The translations under genes were made by a program, and so were the position numbers. The notes under the pieces are model-generated. The model worked only from the letters and a program-made list of their open reading frames with translations, did no database searches and had not been told where the DNA came from. This document shows positions 1 to 8,780 of a DNA stretch of 53,516 nt, in pieces. The DNA lies in the IMG/VR virus record IMGVR_UViG_3300037840_000123, positions 1 to 53,516 of that record; one strand, given 5' to 3'. Numbering within the stretch: position 1 is the first letter of the stretch; the number at the start of each line of letters is the position of its first letter. The stretch is from a virus. Taxonomy: Duplodnaviria > Caudoviricetes.

Positions 1-38
1 TACGCCGCCGCCGCCAACGCCGCCGCCGCCGCCAACGC
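1..38. repeat. Terminal direct repeat (identical to 53479-53516); circular assembly overlap
   Basis: TACGCCGCCGCCGCCAACGCCGCCGCCGCCGCCAACGC occurs at both ends and the reading frame is continuous across the junction. It lies in low-complexity sequence, so the true repeat copy number is uncertain. Confidence 0.8.
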
Positions 39-261
39 CGCCGCCTACGCCGCCGACGCCAACGCCGCCGCCGCCGCCAACGCCGCCGCCTACGCCGCCG
101 ACGCCAACGCCGCCGCCGCCGCCGCCAACGCCGCCGCCGACGAATCCAAACATCCTAAAGACTTCTATTTCAATCTCTCGGCGTCGCTGGCACTGGAAAC
201 GCTCAGGGAGTTGAAAAGTCCGGGGGTGGCGTTGCTCAAGAAGAAAAGAGGCCGCAAATGA
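1..261 (+). CDS. 3' part of the Ala-rich repeat protein that starts at 52975
   Basis: Frame 1 reads YAAAANAAAAAN...DESKHPKDFYFNLSASLALETLRELKSPGVALLKKKRGRK*, in frame with the ORF at the right end. Confidence 0.8.
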   Translation, partial: YAAAANAAAAANAAAYAADANAAAAANAAAYAADANAAAAAANAAADESKHPKDFYFNLSASLALETLRELKSPGVALLKKKRGRK

Positions 262-446
262 CGCAGTCGCAAAAGTACGCGAAGCGAGGACACGAGAGAG
301 GGCCGGACCATCCTCAACCTGGAGGAGCTGGTGGAGGGGATGTTGTCGCCAGCGTTGTCCGAAGACTGTAATCGAATTGACGCGGTGCATGGAACGCCGC
401 TGCCAGTCGAAGCGGAATCCGAGCAGGAATTTGAGAGGCGAACGCG

Positions 447-869
447 ATGACCTACATTGAGATGACAGCTTCACGTTGGCTAGAGAAGGCGCGGGAGCAT
501 CAGGTTAAGCTGCGCAAGTTGATAGCGGATTACCATCCATCGGCCCGGCGTCCGGCGGCATTGAAACGGGAAGCCGTATTGATGACTGATGGCGAAGCAG
601 TAATAGTGGACGCAGCCACGATGCCGATTACGGCTCCAGCGGCAGAGCAGGCGTGCCAGCATGTGCGAACACAGATTCGCAAGGAGGAGCCGGACGACCC
701 ACTTACCCGTTGGGATAGAGCTATTACCAGTGGCGATATTGGCGAGATTGATTCCCTGCTCAATGGTGCGTGGTTCGGGGTTCCTGAGTCAACAGGATGC
801 TGGAATATCCCCGGATTCAACGAGGCGGTGGATTTGATGGACGATCCACCAATGGAGCCAGAGCGATGA
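447..869 (+). CDS. hypothetical phage protein
   Basis: 140-aa ORF; GAGG upstream; ATGA coupling to neighbours. Confidence 0.7.
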   Translation: MTYIEMTASRWLEKAREHQVKLRKLIADYHPSARRPAALKREAVLMTDGEAVIVDAATMPITAPAAEQACQHVRTQIRKEEPDDPLTRWDRAITSGDIGEIDSLLNGAWFGVPESTGCWNIPGFNEAVDLMDDPPMEPER

Positions 870-1018
870 TCCCCCCAATCGAAGCACAGGCGATCCTCGA
901 CCGCCGGCACAACTGGGAGCAGCCCTCGCGCTGGCAGCGTGTCCTAAGCTGGCTGGGCGGACTGGCGATCTCACTGGCGTGCTGGGCAGTGATGGCGTGG
1001 GCGTGGTTTGGGCGCTAA
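866..1018 (+). CDS. small membrane protein
   Basis: ATGA overlap with previous stop; C-terminal hydrophobic helix VLSWLGGLAISLACWAVMAWAWF. Confidence 0.6.
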   Translation: MIPPIEAQAILDRRHNWEQPSRWQRVLSWLGGLAISLACWAVMAWAWFGR

Positions 1019-1036
1019 GAGGAAGGCGGTGAGGAC

Positions 1037-1306
1037 ATGAGCGGGGAACGGGAAGTTAGAGCACTCGAAGCTGACAAGTTCATGAACGAGTTCAAGGATT
1101 CGCCCGAATGGAAGGTCGAGAATAAGAATCCATTTCGCTGGCCGCATACCTTTGCCGCGAAGTGTGCCGCCGCCTTCGCCCGCCGTCAGGTAGTCGAGGA
1201 ACTGCGAAGGCTAGCGGGCGTTACTCACGGTATGGGATTCAAGCAACCGATTGCCGTTGAAGATTGGCTGAGACTTCGGGCCAACGAGATCGAGGCCGAG
1301 CCATGA
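1037..1306 (+). CDS. hypothetical protein
   Basis: GAGG RBS; 89 aa. Confidence 0.65.
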   Translation: MSGEREVRALEADKFMNEFKDSPEWKVENKNPFRWPHTFAAKCAAAFARRQVVEELRRLAGVTHGMGFKQPIAVEDWLRLRANEIEAEP

Positions 1307-1379
1307 TTTCAGTCGCAGCTAAAGACCGCGAGGGAATTGCAGGTACCAGTATGACGGCCAAGGCGCACCAAGGAGGAAA

Positions 1380-1820
1380 GTGATGATGGACGATAAGCCA
1401 TATCAGGATTACGTGAAGCAGGCGCAGCACTATTTAGCAATCGGCAACGATAAGATTTATCTGTTCAATGATAGCGCGGAGCCGCCTTGGGACATTGCTA
1501 CACACTGTGAACCAGGAGGAAGCCACAGACTCGACATCAGCACCAGTGTGCGATTCTCAGGCAAGCATCCTTGTGGTCTAACGTTCTCGTGGACATTTGA
1601 TATTGAACCGCGATCTGCGAACGGTTCAGGGCGTTACCACGTTGATGCAGAATCCATCCAGCGAGTATTGGCGAAGATCAAGGAACCGGCCCGGCAACAA
1701 TTCTGCGACTATCTCATCGACTGCGCGGCGACGATCGAGAAACGGGCCGATGAATACCAGAAAGAAGCCAGCGCGCAGTATGGACAAGCCAGCGCACTAC
1801 GAGCCGCAACGAGAGTATGA
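1380..1820 (+). CDS. hypothetical protein
   Basis: AAGGAGG RBS; 146 aa. Confidence 0.7.
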   Translation: MMMDDKPYQDYVKQAQHYLAIGNDKIYLFNDSAEPPWDIATHCEPGGSHRLDISTSVRFSGKHPCGLTFSWTFDIEPRSANGSGRYHVDAESIQRVLAKIKEPARQQFCDYLIDCAATIEKRADEYQKEASAQYGQASALRAATRV

Positions 1821-1872
1821 CGACCAAGGCGCAAACGCGAAGCCAAGAGCTAGAGTTAATCGATGTGGAAAC

Positions 1873-1951
1873 GGTCGCATAGGGGAGTCAGGCCGTCCCC
1901 GGCACCCTGTCACGGTGTAGATCGCGGGTTCAAATCCCGCTGCGACCGCCA
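1873..1951 (+). tRNA. tRNA-Asp(GTC)
   Basis: Acceptor stem GGTCGCA/TGCGACC, discriminator G, encoded CCA; D stem GGGGA/TCCCC; anticodon arm GCACC-CT-GTC-AC-GGTGT; T arm GCGGG-TTCAAAT-CCCGC. Confidence 0.93.
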
Positions 1952-1969
1952 GATTTGAGTTGGAGGCGC

Positions 1970-2353
1970 GGGAGCGCAAGGAGGCTGAGTAATGGCAATG
2001 ACTATCAAGGTACAGGTGGAGATTTATCGCGAAGGTGAAGTCGAGCCTGACGAATGTCGATGGCTTGAACTGTCGCGGGACGAGGAAGCTGACGAGATGC
2101 TCATTATTCGATTGCCGGATGGCCGAACCAGCATAACCGTTGGGACGGATGAGTTACTCGCCGGAGTTGCCGCGATCAAGCAGCACATTTAACAATCGGG
2201 GAGCGCAAGGAGGGACAGTGAACTACAAAGAATACCAGAAGCATCAGCAGAAGGTGGCCACTGACGATTCGCCTTACTTTCAGTGTCCGTGCGAGAGATG
2301 CGCCCACTATCGGGCTGTATTTGCGGACGAATTAGAGAGGGAGCGCAAGGAGG
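1970..2353 (+). repeat. Start-associated 15-bp repeat GGGAGCGCAAGGAGG, 3 copies (1970, 2199, 2339)
   Basis: Three exact copies, each ending in a Shine-Dalgarno 4-7 nt before a start codon. Confidence 0.85.
1992..2192 (+). CDS. hypothetical protein
   Basis: Follows repeat/RBS copy 1. Confidence 0.65.
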   Translation: MAMTIKVQVEIYREGEVEPDECRWLELSRDEEADEMLIIRLPDGRTSITVGTDELLAGVAAIKQHI

Positions 2354-2358
2354 GGTAA
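2218..2358 (+). CDS. small hypothetical protein (CxCxxC)
   Basis: GTG start after repeat/RBS copy 2. Confidence 0.55.
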   Translation: MNYKEYQKHQQKVATDDSPYFQCPCERCAHYRAVFADELERERKEG

Positions 2359-2612
2359 TGGCGAAGTGGATTAAATTTGAGCCCTTTCTGCATGTCGAGG
2401 GCCGCAAGACGGTAATCTGGCGCGTGATTAGTACGTCCGACATTGGCGTCCTACTCGGCGATATTCGCTGGTATGGCCGCTGGCGCAGATACTGTTTCTT
2501 TCCAAACAATGACTTGGCGCTGGTCTTCGAGCAAGATTGCTTGCGCGACATCGCCCAATTCTGCGAAGACCAAACCAAGTTGCATCGACAGAAACCGAAA
2601 GCAGGGGACTGA
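2358..2612 (+). CDS. hypothetical phage protein (WYGRWRRYCFFP motif)
   Basis: ATG after repeat/RBS copy 3; MAKWIKF start. Confidence 0.7.
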   Translation: MAKWIKFEPFLHVEGRKTVIWRVISTSDIGVLLGDIRWYGRWRRYCFFPNNDLALVFEQDCLRDIAQFCEDQTKLHRQKPKAGD

Positions 2613-2648
2613 AATGAAGACTCTGTGCGGGTTCGCCGGGAGGGAAAG

Positions 2649-3146
2649 ATGTACTGGCGCGAGGTAAGTAAGTGCGACCGAACAGCTATCACGTTCGCGG
2701 CTCCGCACTACAGCATCGCCAAGCCGCTCTCGGCAGAATTGGGGCCACCCGGCCAGAAGATTGTTCTCTTCGGGGAAGATGGTCGCGCACTCTGGGGCAG
2801 TCATCGGCCTGCGCCGTGGGCATTACGAACGCACGGAGTCAAGCGAATGGATAGTTTCACGGGGCACAACTGCTTTATCTTTCGCAATGATGGTGGGCCG
2901 CAAAGCTCAGACATCATCCGACAGGCAGTAGCAATTACAGCGATTGAATGGAACCTAGCGCCATTTATCACCTATGTGGCGATTGATAAGGTTAGGCGGA
3001 AACGTGACCCCGGCAGGTGCTTCATCAAGGCTGGATTCCGTAAAGTCAGTCGCAAGGAAAAGACGAAACACGGGCCAATGCTGCGGTTTGAGATGGGACT
3101 GGACGAGGTTAGAACCTGTGTTCAAGAATTTATTCGTGGAAACTGA
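2649..3146 (+). CDS. Mom-like (GNAT-fold) DNA modification protein
   Basis: Motifs HYS...PPG..IVL, NCFIFRNDG..SS.II..A and TYV....V....PGRCFIKAGF resemble phage Mom-like proteins. Confidence 0.6.
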   Translation: MYWREVSKCDRTAITFAAPHYSIAKPLSAELGPPGQKIVLFGEDGRALWGSHRPAPWALRTHGVKRMDSFTGHNCFIFRNDGGPQSSDIIRQAVAITAIEWNLAPFITYVAIDKVRRKRDPGRCFIKAGFRKVSRKEKTKHGPMLRFEMGLDEVRTCVQEFIRGN

Positions 3147-3147
3147 T

Positions 3148-3456
3148 ATGAGACTTCTGTGCGCGTTCGTGGTGCTCTCGGGAATGGCTATGGGGCAACG
3201 TTTCCCAGGTTGCCTGTCCTTCATTCCGTCTGACTGGCATGTCGATAATGTTACCGTCGATTGCGAGAAGAAAACGATCTCGGGCCTGCCGCCCGTTATT
3301 GCGCTTAACAGGAAAGTCGAGCCAGAGAATGTCCCGGCGATCCGCGTGAAAGACTACTGCTACATCGAGGGCGGATTAACGCCGGAGGATTGGAAGAAAT
3401 CGCCGCACCCTAGCTTTGCTTCCACTTTGAAAATTAAATGCCGGGCCGAGAAATGA
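3148..3456 (+). CDS. small secreted protein
   Basis: N-terminus MRLLCAFVVLSGMAMG-Q looks like a signal peptide. Confidence 0.55.
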   Translation: MRLLCAFVVLSGMAMGQRFPGCLSFIPSDWHVDNVTVDCEKKTISGLPPVIALNRKVEPENVPAIRVKDYCYIEGGLTPEDWKKSPHPSFASTLKIKCRAEK

Positions 3457-3689
3457 ATTGCCAACTATGTAACAAATATTCGAATGGTCGTCCATATTGC
3501 CCTCCGTGTGACCGCCTGGTCGCAGCCGCCGAGAAAGAATTCGAGCAGTGGTGGGCAGCAAAAGCGTGGAGTCGCGGCAGAATGCGGGCCGCGTATAGAA
3601 ATGTAGCACGGGCAAGTTGGATGGCAGCACACCCTATTAAATTGTTGCATAAGCGCGTGGAGAAACTGGAAAAGGGGGCCAACCGATGA
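3453..3689 (+). CDS. CxxC-containing hypothetical protein
   Basis: ATGA coupling; CQLC...CPPC. Confidence 0.6.
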   Translation: MNCQLCNKYSNGRPYCPPCDRLVAAAEKEFEQWWAAKAWSRGRMRAAYRNVARASWMAAHPIKLLHKRVEKLEKGANR

Positions 3690-3931
3690 CAACTGAGCGC
3701 GGCGAGGGCTGGCGGACACTGGCCAAGAAGGCGATGGCGATTTCGAGTTTTCCTGAGCGCGATTACGCAATGATGTCGGTAGATCAGGTGGCCGACATTT
3801 TGAAGCTGGTGGCGAAGATCGTCTGGCTCCGTGAGCGCGATGATGCAGGAATGGGCTGTTCGTTTCCCAACGACGAACTGCTGGCCGCTATTTCCGAGAA
3901 GCTAAAGGAGGAATGTAATGGACTTCATTAG
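3686..3931 (+). CDS. hypothetical protein
   Basis: ATGA coupling; C-terminus encoded by the junction repeat. Confidence 0.6.
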   Translation: MTTERGEGWRTLAKKAMAISSFPERDYAMMSVDQVADILKLVAKIVWLRERDDAGMGCSFPNDELLAAISEKLKEECNGLH

Positions 3932-4184
3932 TAGCAATGTATTTGACACTTCGCAGTATTTTACGGCCAAAAATGAGCAGGGCCAGATCGTTGCTCAGAT
4001 TGTCCGCAATGATTCGCCGACAGCTCCATCAAACTTTTGGGGCTATCGTATGTTGATACCCGGACTCGGAGGAAAATCGCAGGGTAAGCACCTGCGGAGA
4101 TTTGGGCCATTTGGCAGTTTCGACGAGGTGAAAAAAGCTATCGAGGACGACTTCGCTATTTCCGAGAAGCTGGAGGGAAGATGA
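3918..4184 (+). CDS. hypothetical protein
   Basis: Lies between two repeat copies; AAGGAGG RBS. Confidence 0.65.
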   Translation: MDFISSNVFDTSQYFTAKNEQGQIVAQIVRNDSPTAPSNFWGYRMLIPGLGGKSQGKHLRRFGPFGSFDEVKKAIEDDFAISEKLEGR

Positions 4185-4312
4185 TTCAGGGTACGGTAAC
4201 GTCAAATTACACTTGGGCGATTGAATGGACATACGCATGGGAGTTTGGAGTAGATTTATGGGGCGCAGTCATGACCCCGGAGACGAGCGGGAAGCTGGAG
4301 GGAAGATCGTGA
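4181..4312 (+). CDS. 43-aa hypothetical protein
   Basis: ATG supplied by the repeat; MIQGTVTSNYTWAIEW...SGKLEGRS*. Confidence 0.45.
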   Translation: MIQGTVTSNYTWAIEWTYAWEFGVDLWGAVMTPETSGKLEGRS

Positions 4313-4491
4313 GCCAAATAGCTGGTATTGCGCTGATGGTTGACCCGCTTATGCCGAAGGATGAATTTTGGATTATCCGCACCGGCAGAAGCGAGACGTT
4401 TCGTGTCCACGAAGGGCCGCAAGCTGGAGAAGACCTAACCGTGTGGCTATCGAAACCGTGGATAGTAAAAGTATTCAATCTGGGAGTCTAG
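4309..4491 (+). CDS. hypothetical protein
   Basis: GTG after partial repeat/RBS. Confidence 0.5.
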   Translation: MSQIAGIALMVDPLMPKDEFWIIRTGRSETFRVHEGPQAGEDLTVWLSKPWIVKVFNLGV

Positions 4492-4678
4492 CCATGACCC
4501 CGACGAGCGAGAAGGGAAGCAAGCCGCCAGCACGATGCAAAGATTGCGGCGGCCGGTTGATTGTAACCAAGTGCGGCACTACGCACGTATCGGTGCAGGC
4601 TTTGATTAAGTGCCAGCAGAAAGCAGGACGGTGAGCCATGAAGAACGAAGCACCGCAGAGCGAGAAGGGAAGCAAACC

Positions 4679-5002
4679 ATGACACCCGACAGTTTAAGTG
4701 AGGGCGTTTATATTGCACTAGGCTGTTGGTTTGTGATTATGGTTACGCTGGAGGTGCTGTTTCGCCGAGCGGTTAACCGAACCATCCGGCAGGTAGACCG
4801 CTGGCAGCACAGGAACAACCTACAGAGGGCAGCAAACGCAGGTGAATCGGCCATAGAGTTCCATGCGATGCAATGCACCTACTGCGGCGGGTTCCACTCA
4901 GAAGACGACTGGGAATGCCCGGTGCGCGAAATTCATCTGGCAGCGGTGATCTACCACCGCTTACAAAGAGAGTTCTCATTGCGCAAGCCTCGGGCAGAGT
5001 GA
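4679..5002 (+). CDS. membrane-anchored hypothetical protein with CxxC
   Basis: N-terminal TM VYIALGCWFVIMVTLEVLF; CTYCGGFH. Confidence 0.55.
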   Translation: MTPDSLSEGVYIALGCWFVIMVTLEVLFRRAVNRTIRQVDRWQHRNNLQRAANAGESAIEFHAMQCTYCGGFHSEDDWECPVREIHLAAVIYHRLQREFSLRKPRAE

Positions 5003-5137
5003 GGGAAGCTGAGCGGCAACCCTATTCATTTTCGACAGGGTCATGGTACTGGCACGTTAATTCGCAAGAGTTGCTAGGTGCCGATACTCAGGAGGAACTG
5101 CTGGCCGCTATTTCCGGGAAGCTAAAGGAGGGTAAGT

Positions 5138-5356
5138 ATGGAAGTTAACAAGCAACGTGACCGGGACTGTTTCGCAAAGGCAGTCTCACGAGATCAATTG
5201 ACATTCACCGTAGTTGAGCAGGATATGAGTTCCTCGAAAGTGATCTGCGAATGGATCAAGGAAAACATTGAGACGTGCCCTGCCGAGAAATTAGAACACG
5301 CTTTGGCCGTTGCAATCAAGATGCGAGAATATCCGAAGCGCAAGCACGCGGATTGA
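5138..5356 (+). CDS. hypothetical phage protein
   Basis: Between repeat copies; AAGGAGG RBS. Confidence 0.65.
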   Translation: MEVNKQRDRDCFAKAVSRDQLTFTVVEQDMSSSKVICEWIKENIETCPAEKLEHALAVAIKMREYPKRKHAD

Positions 5357-5389
5357 GGAAACCGCTATTTCCGGGAAGCTGGAGGGAAG

Positions 5390-7223
5390 ATGACTGCGGA
5401 AGAAATCAGAAGGTGGGACAAATTATTCGACGATAAAAGCGTGACGGCGGAGACGGCGAGGGCACGAGCGCGGATAGAAATTGCTGCCCAACTGGCAACA
5501 TTAAACGAGAATTTGATTAAACTCATTGAAAGGTTGAGGCGCCATCCTGAATGCGAAGGCTGGAAGCCCTCCGTCCCCGCCGAGCCAGCTACTTGCCCGA
5601 CGGAAGTAAGTTGTCTAACGTGCGGAAGACTGTTTCCGGATGATGGCCATTGTTCTTACTGCAATCCGCGCATCGCGGAAGCAACCGCTCCCCGCCCACT
5701 CGCGCCTCAATTCACTTGGAGATGTATCGACCCATATCGCGCACAGTGTCCGGTTGTAATTCAGACGCACCAGGACTTTCATATCAACGAACGCCCTGTT
5801 TGCGCGCTTTGCAACGCCGAAATGTTCCGAGACAAGGCCGGCGATAAAGTTTCTGAGGGGCCGGAGACGCCTGTATCTCACTCCGTGGTTGCTGGTGACA
5901 ACACTGCGGCTCCAACACCGCAGTCCCCTCAGATTGTCTCAGATTGTCTCAGAGGGACGTTATGCGATTGATCGCCCATGCTCAGCCTGCGGAGACGGGG
6001 ACACGGAGATGAAACATCACACCCATCACGCTCCGTTCCGGATGCCGCTCGAAGGGCCAGACGCCGATTTGCCGCAAGCCGCTTGTCCTGATTGTCCTCA
6101 TCCGGCGCACGAGTACGTGTGTAGCATGCAGGTGAACGGGGTGTACTGCTATTGCGGCGTAAAGACTAAATTACCCGCTCCCGCGAAGCCCGGGCGCATC
6201 GCGGAAGAGGCCGCTCCCCCGGACGTAATTTCGTTAGCCCAAGGATTCGCCATGAGAGTAATCGATTACTTTGGCACTGGGCCAATTGACCCCAAACTGG
6301 ATGTTGATATTTTCCTGCGGCAGAAAGCTTATGAGTTGCGCGATGCCTGTCAGAAGGCCGGGGCTTGCGCTGTGACGCTCTCCAGTCACGGCGATTACCG
6401 GAAAACAGACTGTGAGAATTGCGGAAGGATGCGTGTCGAGAAAGACGGCATCTGCGAAAAGTGCAAATGGAACAATGACACACACCAGCTCTCCAGTGAG
6501 CCTAACGTTGATTGGGAGAAGACCGCCGCATCTCGCGGTAAGCAAGTGCAAGAGTTGGAGGAGGAACTTATCGCCCTTCGTGGAAGTTTCTGCCCACCCC
6601 ACCTCCAATTGTTCAACGATGGCCACTTAGAGCCACTTGATAATTGCGTTGTTTGTATCCGAAATGAGCGAGATGAATTACGGCGATTCTATGGGGCCGA
6701 ATCTACCGCTGAGACGCCCCAGATAGATAAATGTTCCGAGTGTGGAGTGCGCCGCGATAATCACCGTTACCACCGATTCCGTAAGAACGGTTATGCAAAG
6801 TGTGGGAACTGTGGTGCTTCTTGGAATGCGAAGATTGAAATCTGCCCTAAGTGTGGAGATGTCCCTAAATTCCCCGAAGCGATACCACGAGACATCGCAT
6901 CCCCCGCGCCAGCTGCCACGCCCGATCACGAAACGATTGAAGCTAACTTGTCTGACGTTGCTCGGAAGTGTTTCGATGCCTACGACATGTATAAGAATGC
7001 TTGGTTACGCGAGATGGGTGGCGTAATTCGCCCTAAATGGCACGAGATTGACGGCTTCGTACTGCGGATGCGCGATATTTATCAGAAAGCGCAGTGTGTA
7101 GACCGCATCAAGCAAATCATGTCGAAGGAACTGAAACGTGAAGGCGCAACCAAAGACAGTCTATTCGATGCTGTGTTCAAATTTCTCGCGGAGGATGGTC
7201 ATGACGAAGTTCCAACAAACTGA
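5390..7223 (+). pseudogene. Mosaic multi-zinc-finger early protein, frameshifted by a 10-bp tandem duplication (ORFs 5390-5971 and 5889-7223)
   Basis: AGATTGTCTC is duplicated at 5931-5950; removing one copy joins ...QSPQIVS to EGRYAID... as one 607-aa ORF with many CxxC pairs and Ala/Pro linkers. Confidence 0.65.
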
Positions 7224-7440
7224 GGCGGCTTCCACGCCCGAATTGTGCTACAAGGCGATAACGTATCACCTGATTGCGGGAGCCTCAAGCTATGCCTGCA
7301 TGTTGCCCAAAGGCCACGAAGGCGAGTGCCAACCGGGCGGCAACTGCTTCAAGCATGGGAAATATGTCGGTGCTACTCGGTGCCCCAAATGGCCCGATTG
7401 CGCGACGCCCCCAATTCAGCGGCCTCCCTGGAGAGGATGA
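7201..7440 (+). CDS. Cys-rich hypothetical protein
   Basis: GGAGG upstream; CMLPKGHEGEC motif. Confidence 0.5.
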   Translation: MTKFQQTEAASTPELCYKAITYHLIAGASSYACMLPKGHEGECQPGGNCFKHGKYVGATRCPKWPDCATPPIQRPPWRG

Positions 7441-8075
7441 GCGCGATGGAAACGAAATCTCAACTTTTGCTGCGAATGGCCGCGTGGATGAAAGAGCATC
7501 TGCATGAGCACGCAGAGACGGATGAACTTTGCGGAGAGTGTACGGCTTGGGAGTGTGCTGCGCGTCATCTCCGGCTAGAGGCCGGGAATATGCCACTCCG
7601 GGAACTAGCCGATAAGGTCGTCACTACCCGAACCAAGTGGCTTGAACAACACGGTGTGCCAATTTCCCCAGAGTTCTCGGAGTTCGCCGAAGCGATTGGT
7701 AATCTCGTGGATGCCGCCTACTGTGGAGCCTCTCCCGACCAAAATATACACCTGACGGAAATGACGACTCGCGCTCATGGAGCCGAAGCACGCCTCGAAG
7801 CTGCCGAGAAGGAACTGGCCGCTGCGTGGAAGGATGCCAGCATGGAATTGCCGGACGAAGACGAACTGGTATTGATTGCGGTGCGCTGTGAAGCTGAAGG
7901 CCACGATGATGTTACGCAGCGATGGGAGGAAGTTCACAGCGGCACCATTTACCGAGCCGACACGACGAGACAGTTAATTGCGGTCACCGAGGATAGCGTT
8001 GAGTACTCTGACGATGAAGTGTTGGGCTGGCAACCGCTTCCTCCCGCTCCGTCACAGGGAAAGGAAAAGGCATGA
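7437..8075 (+). CDS. DUF551-domain (Eaa-like) protein
   Basis: C-terminal WKDASMELP..ELVL...VLGWQPLPPAP signature. Confidence 0.7.
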   Translation: MSAMETKSQLLLRMAAWMKEHLHEHAETDELCGECTAWECAARHLRLEAGNMPLRELADKVVTTRTKWLEQHGVPISPEFSEFAEAIGNLVDAAYCGASPDQNIHLTEMTTRAHGAEARLEAAEKELAAAWKDASMELPDEDELVLIAVRCEAEGHDDVTQRWEEVHSGTIYRADTTRQLIAVTEDSVEYSDDEVLGWQPLPPAPSQGKEKA

Positions 8076-8317
8076 GCCGCGCCGCGAGTAAGAAGCGAAT
8101 TGTCCATCGCAATAACCTCGGTTGCGTTTTGCGATGCTGGCGACTGATGAAAGACCTCGGTCTGCGCGACGCCGCCAAGCAAATCGGCATCGGTGGGGCC
8201 ACCTTGATGCGAATCGAGCAGGGACGCGAACCGGACTTCCGCACTGTGATGCGGATTCTTAAGTGGTTAGAGCGGAGCGAAACCAATCAACTCAGGGGAG
8301 GGAAGGAACGAAGATGA
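8072..8317 (+). CDS. XRE/Cro-type HTH regulator
   Basis: LGLRDAAKQIGIGGATLMRIEQGREPD. Confidence 0.85.
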   Translation: MSRAASKKRIVHRNNLGCVLRCWRLMKDLGLRDAAKQIGIGGATLMRIEQGREPDFRTVMRILKWLERSETNQLRGGKERR

Positions 8318-8568
8318 CGCTGAGTGACGCAACGAAGCAGCACATCTCGGAATTGCGTCTGCCATTCTGGGCTGATCCTGAATCTCACATTGAACTGTAT
8401 TTGGTTCACGATCCTCAACTGGGATGGCTGCATGGCCCTTGGGTAAAACTCTATGATCGTCACGCGCAGGCCGCATTGGGAATGGAGTGCCCACAGGTGC
8501 TACTAGTAACTATATTCTTAGACGAAAATAGATGGGAGAAATTCGAGTCGGCCGGGAGGACATCGTGA
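8314..8568 (+). CDS. hypothetical protein
   Basis: ATGA coupling; 84 aa. Confidence 0.55.
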   Translation: MTLSDATKQHISELRLPFWADPESHIELYLVHDPQLGWLHGPWVKLYDRHAQAALGMECPQVLLVTIFLDENRWEKFESAGRTS

Positions 8569-8580
8569 GCCAAGGAGAGA

Positions 8581-8780
8581 GCGGACACGCGACACGTTTC
8601 GCGACACGCCCTTGTCGCGTTTCTTGTCGCGTTTTGTCACAATTTTTCTGTAAGTTATTGAAAATAATCAAAACTCATGTCGCGACTTATGTCGCAAACA
8701 CGTGCGGCGACAACAAACCCACACTCTATAAGAGTGTGGTTTGTCGCGTGTCGTAAAACCTACTGAACCTTGTCGCGTTT
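8581..8780. other. Putative replication origin (iterons, AT-rich core, palindrome)
   Basis: About 10 TGTCGC(G)/(C)GCGACA units in both orientations; AT-rich 8641-8675 with IHF-like TAAGTTATTGAAA; palindrome CACACTCT-ATA-AGAGTGTG at 8720-8738; abuts the 3' end of the RepA-like gene. Confidence 0.7.

Larger units (their letters stand above)
3875..5393 (+). repeat. Gene-junction repeat family CGCTATTTCCG(A/G)GAAGCT + RBS (copies at 3875, 4154, 4288 partial, 5095, 5363)
   Basis: 3875-3911 vs 5095-5131 match 36/37 nt; 4154-4184 vs 5363-5393 match 30/31 nt; each copy precedes a start codon. Confidence 0.9.

Noticed and set aside
1-141. DGR template repeat (AAC codons)
   Set aside because: No reverse transcriptase and no TR/VR pair differing at adenines; it is a low-complexity coding repeat
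3875-5393. CRISPR array or integron attC sites
   Set aside because: Spacing is irregular (about 130-800 bp), the spacers are whole genes, the repeats are not attC-like palindromes, and there is no cas operon or integron integrase
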